Notes: generated by a model from the sequence alone, not told the origin. A stretch of 64,000 nt of DNA from Schmidtea polychroa (GCA_044892525.1 CM097886.1:64914001-64978000), one strand, 5' to 3'; positions 1-14,760 are shown, counted from the stretch's first letter. Numbers and translations: made by a program.

Positions 1-329
1 GAATTTAAATATTTCAAGATTTTTTAATATCCCTAGAAAATATCATTGAAAAAACCAATATCATCAATTTCCAGTTTGGGATATTCTTTACAAAACTGCG
101 AAACTAATGTAATGAAATTTATACAATATAAAAAGATTGAAAATTGTAAAGTAATTGGGAATAAATACATAAACTGATAGTGTACTACTCATTATGGTGC
201 TCCGATGATGGTACAGAACGGTAGAAACTGTCAAGTTGGAATGTTTACGATTGAATTACAGTATACACTTAGGAGTTTATGATTATTTTTATAAAAATCA
301 TGTATCTGCTCAAACATTAGACGAAGGAA

Positions 330-540
330 ATTTTTAAAACTATAAAGACGATTTTGAGGATCCTCAGGATGAAAAGGAAAATATCAATATATTTGAACAG
401 CTGAAACTAGTAATCGAAATTGCGTGCTTTTTTAAGAATTCTCATATACGTAATAGTATTCTGCAAAATTATGTTAAAAATGAATTCCAACGTCAGTATG
501 AACTGGTGTTAGACATAAATGTTCGATGGAACTGACGGAA
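330..540 (+). pseudogene. Degenerate hAT transposase fragment
   Basis: Manual translation gives FFKNSHIRNSILQNYVKNEFQRQYELVLDINVRWN then a stop, resembling the hAT L-x-L-D-x-x-x-R-W-N segment. No termini found. Confidence 0.5.
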
Positions 541-1230
541 ATGATATGATTACCCAACTTTTGCACATGGTTCAACCAAATTTATTATTATTAATTATGG
601 TACAGAAAGTTAGTAGAATAGTTGCAAAGAAGGTTAATGCTAAAACTAATCAAAAACTAACAGAACAAGTCACCAAATTCATTGTAGATGAATATGGAGG
701 CTTATATGAATATAAAGTGAAATTGAGATTATACGAAGTTTATGCTACATGTAGTTTGGTGTGAACAACAAATTATTTTGTTAATAATTGTTAAATATGT
801 TATGTTGTTTTCAATCTGTATGTCATTGTGTGGGGCTTGTTTTAATAACGGAAGCTATGTTGGGCACGCTATTATTACTTTTTACAATTAAGGAAGAGGA
901 TCATGGGATGAGGACAATTTTACGGTGTATGTAATTGATATTACTCATCTACTACAATGCGCTCAGTTTGTTTGTTGGTTGTTGATATAAAATATTGACA
1001 TGGATGATTCTTTATTAAACAATAATGATTATNNNNNNNNNNNNNNNNNNNNNNNNNNNNNNNNNNNNNNNNNNNNNNNNNNNNNNNNNNNNNNNNNNNN
1101 NNNNNNNNNNNNNNNNNNNNNNNNNNNNNNNNNNNNNNNNNNNNNNNNNNNNNNNNNNNNNNNNNNNNNNNNNNNNNNNNNNNNNNNNNNNNNNNNNNNN
1201 NNNNNNNNNNNNNNNNNNNNNNNNNNNNNN

Positions 1231-4215
1231 TTAACAACCGGTACGCATGGAAAAAAATCTATTGTAGGTTATATTTACTTCATAATAGTTATTTATTTAC
1301 ATATTTACATAAGAAATACATATATTATATATAATAGTATAAAAAATAGTATATAAAATTAATTAAATAAATTCCAAATTAAATTTTGGTTTTGGGACGG
1401 CAAATTAGGTGCGGCTGCTTTGACACGTTTGTCACTTGCCATATGATGCCCTTCTCGCAACCATAATTTAACATATGGTGTTGCATCAAAATCCTCAATC
1501 GATTTTCCCATTAAATTTATTGTCATTAAATGACTTGTTGTTTCAATTAACAACGAATTTCTCTTATCATAAATGATATTGTTCATTGTGCTGAGTCCTC
1601 TTTCAGCTTCTGCGGAATTAACAGCAATTACATTTAAAATTCTTTTTGCTCTCAAAATAGTATTAATATTTTTAGATTCTCTATCTCGCACATCAACAAA
1701 ATCTCGAAAATCATTTACTGGAATGATGTATTTGATTATTTTATTTAACTGCTCTAACCTATTTTCACCTTCAATCCATGGTGCTTCAAAAATATCACCT
1801 GGCCATGTTTCTGGATTTAATAAATTAAAGCAATTTAAGAGATTATTATAGTTTTCATTTTTATCGTCTAATAGCAAACGCGTTTTCATATGTTTTTCTA
1901 AACAATCAAAAAATTTATCTCTCGAAACAACAATTGATGTTTTTTTTCTATTAATTTCAAATGGAATATTGTATTTTTTCGTTTTAATAATATCATCTGC
2001 TTCTTTTTCATATGTTCCTTTATTTAATTTTAAATGTTGGAATAGATTTATCGTTCGCCTTATCAATCTATCAGCTCTAATTAATGAAATATCTCTTTCT
2101 TGTAAAGCTGTAGACAGTACAGAAATTTCTTCTAATATGTCGTTTATTAAACCTAAATCTTTTAAAAAGTTTTCATTTTTGAGATATGACATTATTCCAA
2201 TTTCTTTATTTTGACTAAAGTGAATATATAAGGCCTGATATGATTTCCAAACTGCTTTGGCGGTCCTAGCGCTACAGGCTGCCCATCGAGGACCAAATAT
2301 TCTACCTATTTTGTGTACTTCAGTGCCAAGTTCTTTAGAAACATTATTTAATTCTCGTTGATGTTTATTTGAAGTATGATAATACGAATAAAGTTTATCG
2401 AGAAAATATCTAAAGTTATTTACTTCATTTACTTCTTTGATAACATCATCTAGAGTTAACTGAATACGATGAGCTAAACAGTGACAGATGCTAATACCTG
2501 GAAAATGTTCTAAAATTCTTGCAGAAACTCCAGCCTTTTTTTCTAACATTACACTAGCACCGTCTGAGCAAAATCCAATAAGATTTTCATGTAAATATTT
2601 TTCATTAAAACCATGTTTTTCAAGAACTGATATTAAGGTTTTAAAAATTATTTCTGATGTTGTTCCTTCTAATTCGACAAGATCAATAAAAACTGTTACA
2701 CTATCATCGGAATCTTGAATTTCAGATTTCAAATAAACTACTAAAACGCTTTTGTGTGAAACAGTGAGGCTTCATCAATAATAATTGAAATTTTACAACC
2801 TGTATTTATCAGTTTTCCAAAAATAATTCTTCTTATTTCTGTAGATATAAGCTTTGCGACAAGTGGAACTATAAATCTGGAATGTAATGAAAATCCAAAA
2901 TCTACATTATTTTTTTTCTGTAAATCAATTAATTTTTTAAAATCACTGAATGGGTAATTGTTTTTAATTATGAAATAGATAGTATTAAAAATGTTTACTG
3001 TGCTGTTTAAATACTTTTCATTAGCCACATCGAAAGATTTGGAAATTATATTTGTTTCACCAATTTTTATTATTTCCCCAGCTTTTTTATGTGAAGCTGA
3101 TTCATTGTGTTCCTTCAATTTTTTTCTCATTGATGATTGTAAATTTTCTTTGTTCGAGCCATGAGCTTTGACAGAACATGATTTCCACTCCACAGAAATG
3201 TGTAAATGTTTAGCAGTTTCTAAATTTAACGATTCTACTTTCGAACACCACTGACATCCCACATTTTCATCGCTAACAACAATAAGCCACTCGTATTTAG
3301 TTTTAAAATAATTTAGTGGTTTATCATTCCAAAAATGTAATAACGCAGCATCACGAGACGTTCCAGCTTTTTCCGATTGGTGTTGAACTTCAGAAGTATC
3401 ATTTTTTCCTTTTACCTGTTTTGTTTGATTAGAATTAGTAATATTCTCAGCTTGCTGTTCAGGGTTTTTGGTTATTTTTATAGATTTGCTAAAAAAGTCA
3501 TCCAAATTACCTTGCCTTTTCATTCTTAGGTTAATACAAAGAAAATATTTAATAATTAATTAATAATTAATTAGAAATTTAAATCAATTTAAAATCTTCA
3601 TACTTGCACGTTAAAACTGAATTTAATAGAGATTAAAAGTAAGGGATAACCATTCACCATAAAAATATTTATACTACTAAACTTTTTATTTAGAGTAAAT
3701 ATATCAAAATAAAAATGTATTCAAAAAGGGAAATTCCCTTTTTATTAAAAGAAAAATATTTTTTTTTACAGAATTTTCCGTTAACCCTTTCAAGCTTAGT
3801 GGTTACGCGGTGAAACCACCTATTAAAATGCAACTTTACACATGCTCAGTAGGAATTTTTCAATTCCATAAATTTTGTTCTATAATTCAATGCCATCTCT
3901 TGGATTGTAGTGGAAATTAAAAGTACTAAAATTCAAATTAGACAGTTTTAAGTAGATTTTTTTTTACTAAAACCGAAAAAAATTTTAAATCCCAAATTTT
4001 TATTTTATTGTAAGATTTTTTGTATTTGATCGATAATGGCAGGTAAATATTTATATTTTTTTAGTAATTTAGAATGTTTTTATCAATACTTTTACTTTTA
4101 CATACTTTTATTTAAAAACATACTTTTTTTTAATATACAACAACCGGTACGGAAAATTTTAAAAATGTTAACAACCGGTACGAGCGTACCGCCCCGTACA
4201 GGCTGAATATCACCA

Positions 4216-4218
<3 letters not shown>
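1231..4218 (-). mobile_element. hAT DNA transposon (ZNF862-like), one end hidden in an N gap
   Basis: Right end reads CAGTGGTGATATTCAGCC on the minus strand (ends 4218) and abuts a (TA)n tract. Subterminal AACAACCGGTACG motifs occur near 1233, 4139 and 4171. Contains the transposase below. Confidence 0.85.
1359..3523 (-). pseudogene. hAT transposase split by a 1-nt deletion near 2766
   Basis: ORFs 2741-3523 and 1359-2732 join as IIIDEAS(T)VSHKSVLVVYLKSEI if one A is restored. Motifs: DEAS, CSDGASVM, HCLAHRIQL, PRW, NSAEAERGLSTMN (hATC region). Confidence 0.9.

Positions 4219-4262
<44 letters not shown>
4219..4262. repeat. (TA)n microsatellite
   Basis: Seen directly, flanking the hAT end. 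Confidence 0.95.
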
Positions 4263-4269
<7 letters not shown>

Positions 4270-5061
4270 TACCGAAAAAAGATTAAAAAGATACATTTTA
4301 AATTTAAAACTAGACCTAATTTAAAAACGTTTCGAAAAACACATCGAAACATCAAAAAAATTACGATAATTTTTGCACTTGGTATATTACACTCCAAATA
4401 TATTATTTGAATATAATTAAAATTATCCAAAAAATAATATAGGTTCTTCAATTGCATTTTGTTATAATGAATCAAATTAAATCTTCTAACGTGGCGAAAA
4501 CGCATATGCTTCAATTTATTCGACTACTTGGTAAATTTGAAAATTGTGATGATATGGAGCAATTTATCGAAAACTGACAGATTTTTTTTAACTAATTCAA
4601 ACTGCATAGTACAACTCCACAATTCAATTAAATAGATGCTGAAATAGACGATAACAAGATACTTTTACGAAGCAATTGAATGCTGCTTTGACACAATGAA
4701 GTGAATGATTCAAGTTAAGAATTCAAAAAATTGAAATTAGAAAAAATTCAGTTAGAATCAATTTGACAGAAAATGAAATTAATGTTTTTTTAATTTCAAA
4801 TGTTACGGAAGATCAATAAACTAAGATTTGAATAAAGATATCAAAGAAATAAAAGAAAAATATTACTAATATTCAACACGTGCAGAATTAGCCAAAGCTT
4901 GCAATATTAAATGAACGCCAAATATGAAATATATGAAGACCACATTAACATCATATAAATGAAAAAGTGAAAAAATGGCATACATTTTAAGGGTCTTCAA
5001 TTTTAAATTGATTGTCACTGAATATTTCAGATATTTATAATTATGTTCCCAATTAAATTTA

Positions 5062-5260
5062 CCGTATATACTCGCGTATAGGCCGAGTAATTTTTGATTA
5101 ATTGTTTTCCCAAATTGATGGGCGGCTTATACGCGAATCTACTTTTAATTAAAATAATTATGGTTCAATAATTAATTTATATTAAATATTAATTATCATC
5201 TATTTTTGACATTTTAATCAACCAAATTTGGGGGTTCGACTTATATGCGAGTATATACAG
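5062..5260. mobile_element. Tc1/mariner-pogo type MITE
   Basis: Imperfect TIRs CCGTATATACTCGCGTATAG and CTTATATGCGAGTATATACAG, with TA on both sides. Confidence 0.8.
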
Positions 5261-8200
5261 TAGTAATAACATCTTATGCATATTTATATAAATTCAGCAA
5301 TGACAAAGAAATATAAATTCGTCAAAATGAAAGTTGTTTAATTGTTCTATTTTACTACGATCAGTATTTGAAAATAAATAAAGTTTAGTTATGAAATCTG
5401 TGACTTCTTACAAACTAGATTACCTGAATTTAGAATAAAAGATTCCAAATCGGAAAGAAATCAATTATTGTAATCAAAAATATTTTTCTAGAAAAGTAGC
5501 GATGTATCGAGAAATTCTATTAAAAATAATAGTAGGCATCTTAATTCTAATACAGATACTCGTCAAGTATAGCTTACAGAGAGGTCAATTGTGCTATTTT
5601 GACATCTACACAATTAAAACAACACACTTTAAAAGCAAGTTTGAAAAAGTATGAGAGTTACTACTACAACTTTTGAAATCTGGAAATTGTTTAGAATTTT
5701 TGTACATTGAGTAAAAATGATCTAAAAAATTGCTTGAGGTAAAAGTTTGAATTTAATAGACATCATTACATCCTAGACAGAAACAGACGGCATTAAATAA
5801 TTCAGAAAAGATTTCAACGTGCTAGTAAATTGAAATATTATTTTCTCGAAAATCATACCAATTCTGAAAGAACATTAATATTCCAACTGCTATTGAGAGC
5901 TATATAAAAGATTAATGGAATCAATATCTCAACATCCTATTACAGATAACATTTATAAAATTACTTCCCTTTCCATACAGATCTAATGAATTAAACATTT
6001 TTTTAAAGATAAAGTCCGTTCTACATATCGCTAGATAGTACCAAATAGTGGACAAGTAAAATTTTAATAAACTCTTTATTTTGGGCATAAAATAGGTAAT
6101 TGGTAAAATATTTGGCACAAGAAGAATTGAATGTAATTGAAAAGTAAATTTAATCTATGTGATATTTCAAAAATAGTATAAACTAATGAACGAAATTATG
6201 ATGAATGAAAATCTTATACTAATGGATCCCATTATGACGATATCCATCATATTCCTTGTACAAGTATTCTTGAATTCGTTAATTTTGAGTAAACTCGAGT
6301 ACATTTTATTAATTCTCTCAAATTATTTTAATAATTATTTAAATAAATTGGGTAAATATCAAATTTTCTTTGTTAATCTTTTGTAAATAATTTAAATACA
6401 ATTTTTAATAATAAATTAAATAATATTTATTTTAATTTGCATTTTAATTTACATATAGTTTCAATACAATTTAAATACGGAGTAAAACAAAATTAATTAA
6501 TTAGTAATTAAATAATTAAACGGTATTTGAATCGATATTGAGAGTTTTGTAATGATTGATTATAGTATAGTCAATGCTGATCAATATAATCAAAGACTTA
6601 TTCTCGTGAATTGCTCGACTTTCTCAAAAATCTTGATGGAAGACACCAGCCAATGCCTGGATATCAATTGTGTACTGATTCTGTTATCTAGATTTGAAAT
6701 CTTGAAAAGCGTTCGAAACAAACTTGGCTGTCGCAATGTCAGTTTCAAGCGTTCATCTACAAATGTGAATTTGTGATTCCCACTAATAAAGGGTTTTGTT
6801 GCGATGGATTCGGAATGGGCATAGAAATTGATACGACTTTTATTGTTGAAATGCTTTTGAATTATTAAAAATGATTTATTTTTAGAAATTAAACATGATT
6901 AAAATAAATTAGTAAATTCAGAAAAAATTTTACTCAAAAAATTAAAAATTATGGTACAACTTCTAATTTAACCTTTAATTTTACAAATAATTAAATAATC
7001 ATCAATTGTGATTTCGTTTTAATTGCTTTTGTTGAAAAAATTTGGAAATAATTTTAAAATGGAGTATTGAATATATATATTCCTTGTTTGTTTTGAAAAT
7101 GANNNNNNNNNNNNNNNNNNNNNNNNNNNNNNNNNNNNNNNNNNNNNNNNNNNNNNNNNNNNNNNNNNNNNNNNNNNNNNNNNNNNNNNNNNNNNNNNNN
7201 NNNNNNNNNNNNNNNNNNNNNNNNNNNNNNNNNNNNNNNNNNNNNNNNNNNNNNNNNNNNNNNNNNNNNNNNNNNNNNNNNNNAATAAAAAATTGGCATC
7301 TGTCAAAATCTTTAATATTTTATCTACAACTTCAAATGGATATTAAAGTGAATTTAAAGTTACTAAAATTTAATTATTATGCAAATAAATTGAAGTTTAT
7401 AATTAAAAGTTTAATAAAATTTATGAAAAATGAGTTAAATGATGACAGATGTTATCATTACTGTGATCTCTCGGTCAATTAAGAAATCCTACAATTGTCA
7501 AAGCAAACAAACTAAATATCATTTATTTTAAATTATTTATATTTAAATTAAATTTCTCATGCTCAGTGTATTTTGAAATTCAAAATGTGAAAATAAAGAC
7601 CGACTTTACTCTGGGATTCATTGTACTTGTAAGTGACGTAAAAAAGTAAACCTAGGAATAAAAACTGCCAGATTTTTTCAATGAAAAGAATGCCACTTTC
7701 TTCGAAAATTGTCTATTTAACTGGTAAATCACTGGATTAAGTACCTGGAAGTAAAAAGCTGTTAGATAGAAAAATGAATCTGTGCCTTAACTAATATAGT
7801 TCACTTGTTGTAAATACAAAGTTTCATTGCTGTATCATTTATATTTATTAATATACAAATGACTAAAACTAAAAACATGGACGTCTTTACCTCATTTATT
7901 AAACTACTAAATATTCAACTTTTAGATCAGGTTTTCACAAACTTTTTTAAACGGAACATTGGTGTTCCAATGAAAGTAATTATGTGTTCCTTGAAAACAT
8001 CAAATGGCCAACTACCATTAATCTGTCAGCAATGGCCAGGATAAATATTATTTACAAATCTAAATGAAATGTCAAACAAAGGAGTTGAAGATATGTGTTA
8101 AGTATTCATCATATTAGCTGTTTAACAAGTAAGTCTGTGTTGTTTTAATCATTAAAATTTAATCGAATTTGAATAGAAACTATTTGTAAATTATTCNNNN

Positions 8201-8679
8201 NNNNNNNNNNNNNNNNNNNNNNNNNNNNNNNNNNNNNNNNNNNNNNNNNNNNNNNNNNNNNNNNNNNNNNNNNNNNNNNNNNNNNNNNNNNNNNNNNNNN
8301 NNNNNNNNNNNNNNNNNNNNNNNNNNNNATTGTTAAATTTGCGTAAAAATGATATATTGACAAAATTGTTTTTCTTATTACAAAATTTAAATATTATTCT
8401 AAAAATAGCAAAGGATTTTTTAAAAACAGGAAAATTAACAAAATAAAGGCATGATAATTAGACTGATACATCTGCGATTGAAGAAGGGCATACAAGCAGT
8501 GTTTTCTTCAAAATTTAATATTAAAGAAAAAGAGTCGCCTATGAACAGATCAAAAAGAAAGTTCGATGTAAGTTATGTATATTTTGAATTTATGTCTATT
8601 CTAAATTCAGATGGTCGTGATGTTTTATGTCATTAACTTTATAAACAAATAAATAAATAAGTAGTTCAGTTAAAATGTC

Positions 8680-8860
8680 AGGATTAACGAAATGTTTCAT
8701 CACAGGAAAAGATTGTTTTAGATCATAGTTGGTTTCCAATAATCCTAATTTTACTACAAATGAATTTTTTTTCTCACAGTAATGAATATTCAAGATGAGT
8801 TTCCACAAAAGTTTGTACTTGAGATGTGCATATAAAGTAATCGAAACAATGTGTAAATGC
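8680..8860 (-). CDS. Candidate downstream C2-domain exon of the synaptotagmin-like gene
   Basis: Open frame KLILNIHYCEKKNSFVVKL...VNP resembles the first strands of a C2 domain. Splice sites not resolved. Confidence 0.3.
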
Positions 8861-9299
8861 AAGGTATAATTTAGCAAAGAGGATTACTGCTACAGAAATT
8901 AATATATAATATTCCCTTTAATCATTTCCATTTTTAACATTACTGCAATTAATTGTTAACCAAATTTTTTCAATGATATAGAACAAGCTGTGAGGCGTTT
9001 TCAGCTGAGAATTAAATATTTCAATGATTTATTAAAATAATTTTAAATGATAAATAATTGGCTATTTAAAATTACTTTTAAAAACATTTTTAAATTGAAA
9101 TTTTTAAATTAAAAAATTAGACAAGCTTTTATTAGTAAATCATTTTAAATAAATATATTTTAAATATCGAAATTTTAATAAATGGTTTTTGAAATATTTT
9201 ATTCAACGCTGAAAATTTGTTTGGAAATTATACAATATTTCATTTAAATAAATATTTGGAATTATGTCGTTAACTTTTGAACCGGATTAAAAAATCCCA

Positions 9300-11549
9300 T
9301 TAAAATTCCATTTCAATTCTGAATCAGAAACCTATAAAGTAGTAGTAGTATTGGGTTTGCCACACTTATTATATACGTAGATTTTGCTTTGTGTACATTT
9401 TCCACTTACAAGTATTTTTGCATGTATTACAAATAGTCGTGGTCCTATTATTATTATAGTATCCTATTTGACATCATATACGTATATGAAGGGTGCTACT
9501 TGAACTTGGTATATCATCTGCTTCTAGAGATTTTTTTAAATCTGGTATTCAGAAGCAAGTTCTTCGGCTAGACGAAACAAAGACTCTTTTCTTGATATAC
9601 AATATCCAGGCATTTATTCCAGCTAGAATCTAAAATATTGAAAAAAACTTGAAGTGACCATCTCCTGGAACCTGATTTTACACTATATTTTCGTGCCATT
9701 TGATGAGTAACATTGACGCCAAATTTAGTATTGTTATAAAAAGACAGTTTCGGGTAATTTCCTCCTAGTTTTATCAATTTTGAGGTGTTTGTGCTTTGTA
9801 CTTAGTAAAAATACTTTCTTCTTCGGTTTACTCTTGTAAATAGTAAGTGTACATCCATTTGATTCGTAAAGCAAAGTGGAATAACGATCAATGCTATCTT
9901 TCTTTGTTTTGCAGATCTTTGGTAGTTCCCTTTTATTTCCACTTATTGTTCCAACCAATGTAGTATTTTTTATAGTAATTTCAACGCAAGAGGAATACTT
10001 GTAAAGAAAATGTCCGTTGTGATGGTTATACCTTTCATAGAATATGGTTCCAAAAGTTTCGCTTATAGGTGTTGATGAATCTCGTGTATCATCTTTTCCT
10101 AAATAAGGAAATCCATTTATAACATATTTAGTTTCAACATCAGACGCTAGCCAAAATTTTATGCCAAATTTGACGGGTTTGTTTGGCATATATTGTGTGA
10201 ACCTGCATCTGGCCTTCGTTGGAAATAGTTGCTCATCCACCGTAATATGTGAACCTGGTTTGAAGAAATTTTGACTATTTTCAAGGAATTTATTCCAAAC
10301 TGTTGAAACTAATGAAAATTTGTCTGTTTGTAAACGTTGACTTCTCTCATTTATTTTGTCAAAACGAATAAATCTTAGAATCTCTGTAAAATCATTTCGA
10401 TTCATAGTTTTGGAAAGAAAATCTGACCCCCACTTCTTATTCCATAAATATTCCAGTCTCAAAGTTTTTGCCTCGTACGCTCCACGTGCATACAATAGCG
10501 CAATGAATGCCTTCAATTTTGCTTGCGGAAATATCCATTTTTTATAAAACTCGAGAAGCTTCTAATTCCGTAGACGTTCTTACATATTCTAAAATAGAAT
10601 GGTCAATTACTAACAAAAATGCGCTACTTAGTTCCTCCTTCATAATATTTCTTTTTGCATATGCTGTAGGGCCGTCAGCATCCCTGAAAATACGGCTAAT
10701 TGATAATATTCCAGCAACGTGCCCTTCTTTCATTTTTTCAAACAGTTCCGTCTTTATCAATTTCTAGAGCACTTTCAACTTCGTCACTAGAACTGGACGG
10801 CGGTAGTAAACACCTTCGTTTACTTGTGTTTGAAATGTTTTCGTATTCACTATCGCTTGACTAATCTTCATTCCTCTTATCAGAAATATCGCTGTCACTA
10901 CTCTCTATATCAGCACCCTTCCATGTGGATCACTTTCTTTATCTAATAATTCGCATTCGCTATCATAAAGCTTATCATTTTCAACATCCGAACATTCCAT
11001 AGGAATGTCCGTGATATTTTCCAAAAACACTGAAGTTTTTTTTGTTTTGCCATTTTTAGGGGCCTGGCGATATAATAAAATAATATTTCTCTCTGTATTT
11101 AGTTTTCTTACCAAAAAAATATCTAGAATTATTTGTTATCCAAAGAATTGTTTCTTTCCAGTGTGCTCAGCAAAATTCCCCAGTAAACACCTCACAATAT
11201 TCAGTCAACGACTGCAAATTTATTGCGAATTATGTAATTATCACCAGCTTGAAATTTTGTTTTTATCGTGCTACAATTGCGCAGCATTTAGAATTTTTAT
11301 AACTATGTAATTTCATTGTATTACATAGAAAAATGCAACAGTCATTTTGACTGGTTCGGTATAAGTACCGATGATAATCAAAAACTTTTTGATTATGAAT
11401 AAAAATATAAAACTAACAGCATAATATTATTCATTTAGTTATCAATTTAAAAGTCAATCAATCATTTCCAAAAAAAAATCAAGGCGAAGTAGGAATTCAA
11501 AAATGAAATTGTAAAACCAGTCATTTTGACTGCTGTGGTAAGTCTAGTG
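9300..11549 (-). mobile_element. piggyBac (PGBD4-like) transposon, frameshifted, one terminus missing
   Basis: Minus-strand end TTAA-CACTAGACTTACC at 11544-11553 and subterminal palindromes CAGTCATTTTGACTG. Peptides: ITVDEQLFPTKARCRFTQYMPNKP..FGIKFW, TDIFFTS (alternative frame), YNNTKFGVN (third catalytic D appears changed to N), and a Cys-rich tail TTTICNTCK near 9400. Confidence 0.9.
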
Positions 11550-12363
11550 TTAAATAAATACTTGGAATTATGTCGGTAACTTTTGAACCGGATTTAAAAA
11601 ATAATTTAGAAGATGTGTTAGCAACTTCTAATAACAACAATAAAACTTCATTCGTAGTGATTATTTTTTGAGGTACTACTTTTTAGTGAATTTTGATAAG
11701 GGTGTTTTTAACATAATTTTACTCAATGCCAAATCAATTTTTTTACCAAAACAATTAAACTGATTTGACTACACAAACCGCAGGTTCATAAAATGAAAAC
11801 TTATTTAGTTAAATCACAATTCATATAATATTTACACTCCTTAAAAAATTTTCCTTTTCTTCATAATCAAAATACCAAAACAGGCGATGTGTATGATGTA
11901 AAAAATTGGTGTTTTGGTTTCAAATTTCCAGTGACAAAGTTTTGAATGAAAAAGATAAATTTATTTATTAGTTTCTTTTTGACAGTTTGACATAGGCAAT
12001 AACGTCAAAATATAGTTAAATAATTATCAAAACCATATCGCATTTAATAGTATTTTAGAGATGTAAAATTAATAAGTTAACCTAATAAATAACTCACAGT
12101 TTGAAAATCCATTTCTTTCAAAAAATCACAAATTTAAATAATTTTTTTTTACCAATAAATAAATTATAAATTACACTTCATATGACTAGGTCATTTATAA
12201 AAAATGAAGCGAGAAGAGCAACGATTTGTAAGGGAAATTAGAATAATGTAGATTTGTACCTCTTACGAAATTTAATTTATATGGAAGTTTTATTGTAGTT
12301 TAATTTCATATATCGATACGTTTAAAAATGATATCTAATTAAACAGAAATCTGAAATGCTTAC

Positions 12364-12668
12364 GGATTAATACAATTCATTTCTGGATCAGCAGAAACTA
12401 GATTCCTACACTTGTGGATTGTGACATTAACTGTTGAAGTATTATCATCATATAACAGAGATAGCATAATTTCCCCAACATATTTCGATTGATTTGAACT
12501 CCCGTTATAATGATGATTAAAGGATAAATCAGATCGAATCTGAGGAAATGAAATGTGCTCTGGCGAATCGTTCGTTATCAGATTAGTATTTGTAGTATTT
12601 TGATTTAAGATCTGTAAAGGTCTGAAGTAACATTTTGAATTGGGTCCAAAAATAGTTCCAGTAGAAAC
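12364..12668 (-). CDS. SYTL: Synaptotagmin-like gene exon with start of C2A domain
   Basis: AG/GT bounded, 305 nt, 101 open codons: VSTGTIFG...YVGEIMLSLLYDDNTSTVNVTIHKCRNLVSADPEMNCINP. Phase 0 start matches the preceding exon. Confidence 0.85.
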
Positions 12669-12861
12669 CTGAATTAATTTAATTTTTTTTCAATTTTAAG
12701 TTTTATTACAAATTTTTTAATTGTTGGGAATGCTGAAAATACGTTTTTTCTGGTAATAACCTTAAATCTTGTGAGAATAATAATATTAACGAAAGGTTAA
12801 CTAAAAATCCTAAACAAAATACATATTCCTTAAAATAATGGTTTCCAATCATAATTTAGAT

Positions 12862-13109
12862 CAGTGTTGGCCAACCCAAATCAATCGAAGGGCCAAATTT
12901 TCGGAAAAATACTATCACGGGCCACAAGAAATTCATTTAAATAAATATAACTCGTTTTTACGATTCAAGTAAACTTAGAATCAATTTTTAAAATTAAAAA
13001 CATGCTTAATTCGAATATGTATTCTAAAAAGACAATTATTGATTTGATGTTTAAAATTGTGTCCGGGCCACATCAAAACGCTTCGCGGGCCACCGGTTGA
13101 CCATGGCTG
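12862..13109. mobile_element. hAT (Charlie-like) MITE
   Basis: Ends CAGTGTTGGCCAAC and GTTGACCATGGCTG, several GGGCCAC subterminal motifs, 8-bp TSD ATTTAGAT/ATTTATAT. Confidence 0.8.
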
Positions 13110-13429
13110 ATTTATATTAAAAAAAAAGATTTCAAATTAAAATTAGAAGACTCCCATTCGAATATTTTACTTTATTACTACTCGATATGATTTCTTTAAT
13201 TTTTTGTGAATCAATCACTAGTTAGATTCATCATAATAACTTCATTGAAACTATATTCTTTACTAAACTTCATAAATTTAGAGTATTTTTTTTACATAAG
13301 TAACACTCATTAATGAACTATATTAGTGTATTTTTATTTTTAGTAATGAATTATTGATAAATAAAATTATATATTTTGTTAGAAAGTTTTGTCAATTTTT
13401 TTAACTATATAAAACTATAAGGGATTATC

Positions 13430-13777
13430 CAGTGTTTCCCAACCAATTTTTGTCATGCCCCATCTAAGCCTTTTTAAAATTCTAATTTCCAATGTACCAT
13501 ATATATAATTTTTTAATATTCAAAAATTATATTATTCACAGAATGAGGCTTATATGACTACTTGAATTATTTCCAACTTGTTCTTGGAAATATGACTTAG
13601 GTTTTAGGAAGAAATAATTAGGATATTGTAAAAAAATGTTAATTTTCAAAACAAAACTAAAATTGAAGTACAAAATAATTTTAATGAAAGGTTTTATTAC
13701 TTCGCTGTTTTTTAATTGTCCCCCTAAGCTAACAGAGCACGCCCAGTGGGGTGTAGGACCCACATTAGGAAACACTG
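13430..13777. mobile_element. hAT MITE
   Basis: TIRs CAGTGTTTCCCAA and TTAGGAAACACTG, 8-bp TSD GGATTATC/GGTTAATC (6 of 8). Confidence 0.75.
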
Positions 13778-14760
13778 GGTTAATCTAACATTTCTCAGTT
13801 AACAATATTAAATTTTGTTCAAATATCATCTAAGAATTTTAAAATTTTACTATTAAAGGTACCAGGGCTGGATTTAGGTATTGCGGGGTCCCTAAGTATA
13901 ATTTTTTTTAGTTCAGCATCTGAGATCTTTCGAATTAGATCAAATAAGTCTCCATAAATTATAATCGAAACTACTATTTGCAAATCACTTTGAGTTCATT
14001 TAACAAATTGATAAGTAATCAGATTTTGAACATTAATATCATAAATTGAATTTACTGAAAATTCCTTTTAGCTAATAAAATTAAACCATTCAGGGACAGA
14101 CTCGTGAATTTTGTTTTCTTTTATGAAAAGCTTGCCTAAATTATATTTTAATTTCCTCACATACTATTTTATTTGACATAGCATCATTTATTTTGTACAA
14201 TCGTTTTCAATTGTCTTTTAATTTATTTGCTTCATGCTACCCGTGCTGCTCCTTTTAAACATAGTGGTGATCTTTGAGTCATAATCGCTTGAGACCATCA
14301 GTATGCAGTTGCATACGTATAATAATAACTCAAAGTCAGTAAAGATGAATGGGTCACCTTTATATTGTTATATTTGTAATTTTTGAAAATTGTCGAAATT
14401 ATTATTTTCTTTAACAACTTAAACTGGTAAGTCTTCGCTACTCATTCATGGGCTTTCTTTTATTCTGACTTCGTAAATTATATCGATTCATTTAAACATT
14501 TTTTTTTCAAATCACAAAATTTCAAATTTATTAATACAATTAATATTTTACCTTTTTACACTTATCTCTAACAATTTAATTCAATTAGGAATAGTTTTCA
14601 CAAGCCAGATTTCATTTTCAATAACGTTGAAACAATATTTATTTTCATCGACTTTGATCACGTCGAAACAATACACAATTATTTTTTTCTAATTAATTCT
14701 TCGCCGAATTTGATCACATCGGCCACCCCAAAATGTTGGGGTTGTCAGTGTAATCAAATA

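Noticed and set aside
941-1356. ORFs spanning N runs (also at 7.0-7.5, 8.1-8.4, 27.3-27.5 and 52.2-52.5 kb)
   Set aside because: Open only because N codons cannot be stops.
6540-6870. Frames of 75-95 codons open on both strands
   Set aside because: No recognisable motif or splice-consistent link to the host gene. Left unassigned.
7652-7744. VLNPVIYQLNRQF resembling GPCR TM7 (NPxxY)
   Set aside because: Neighbouring frames are full of stops and no coherent seven-helix exon set could be built.
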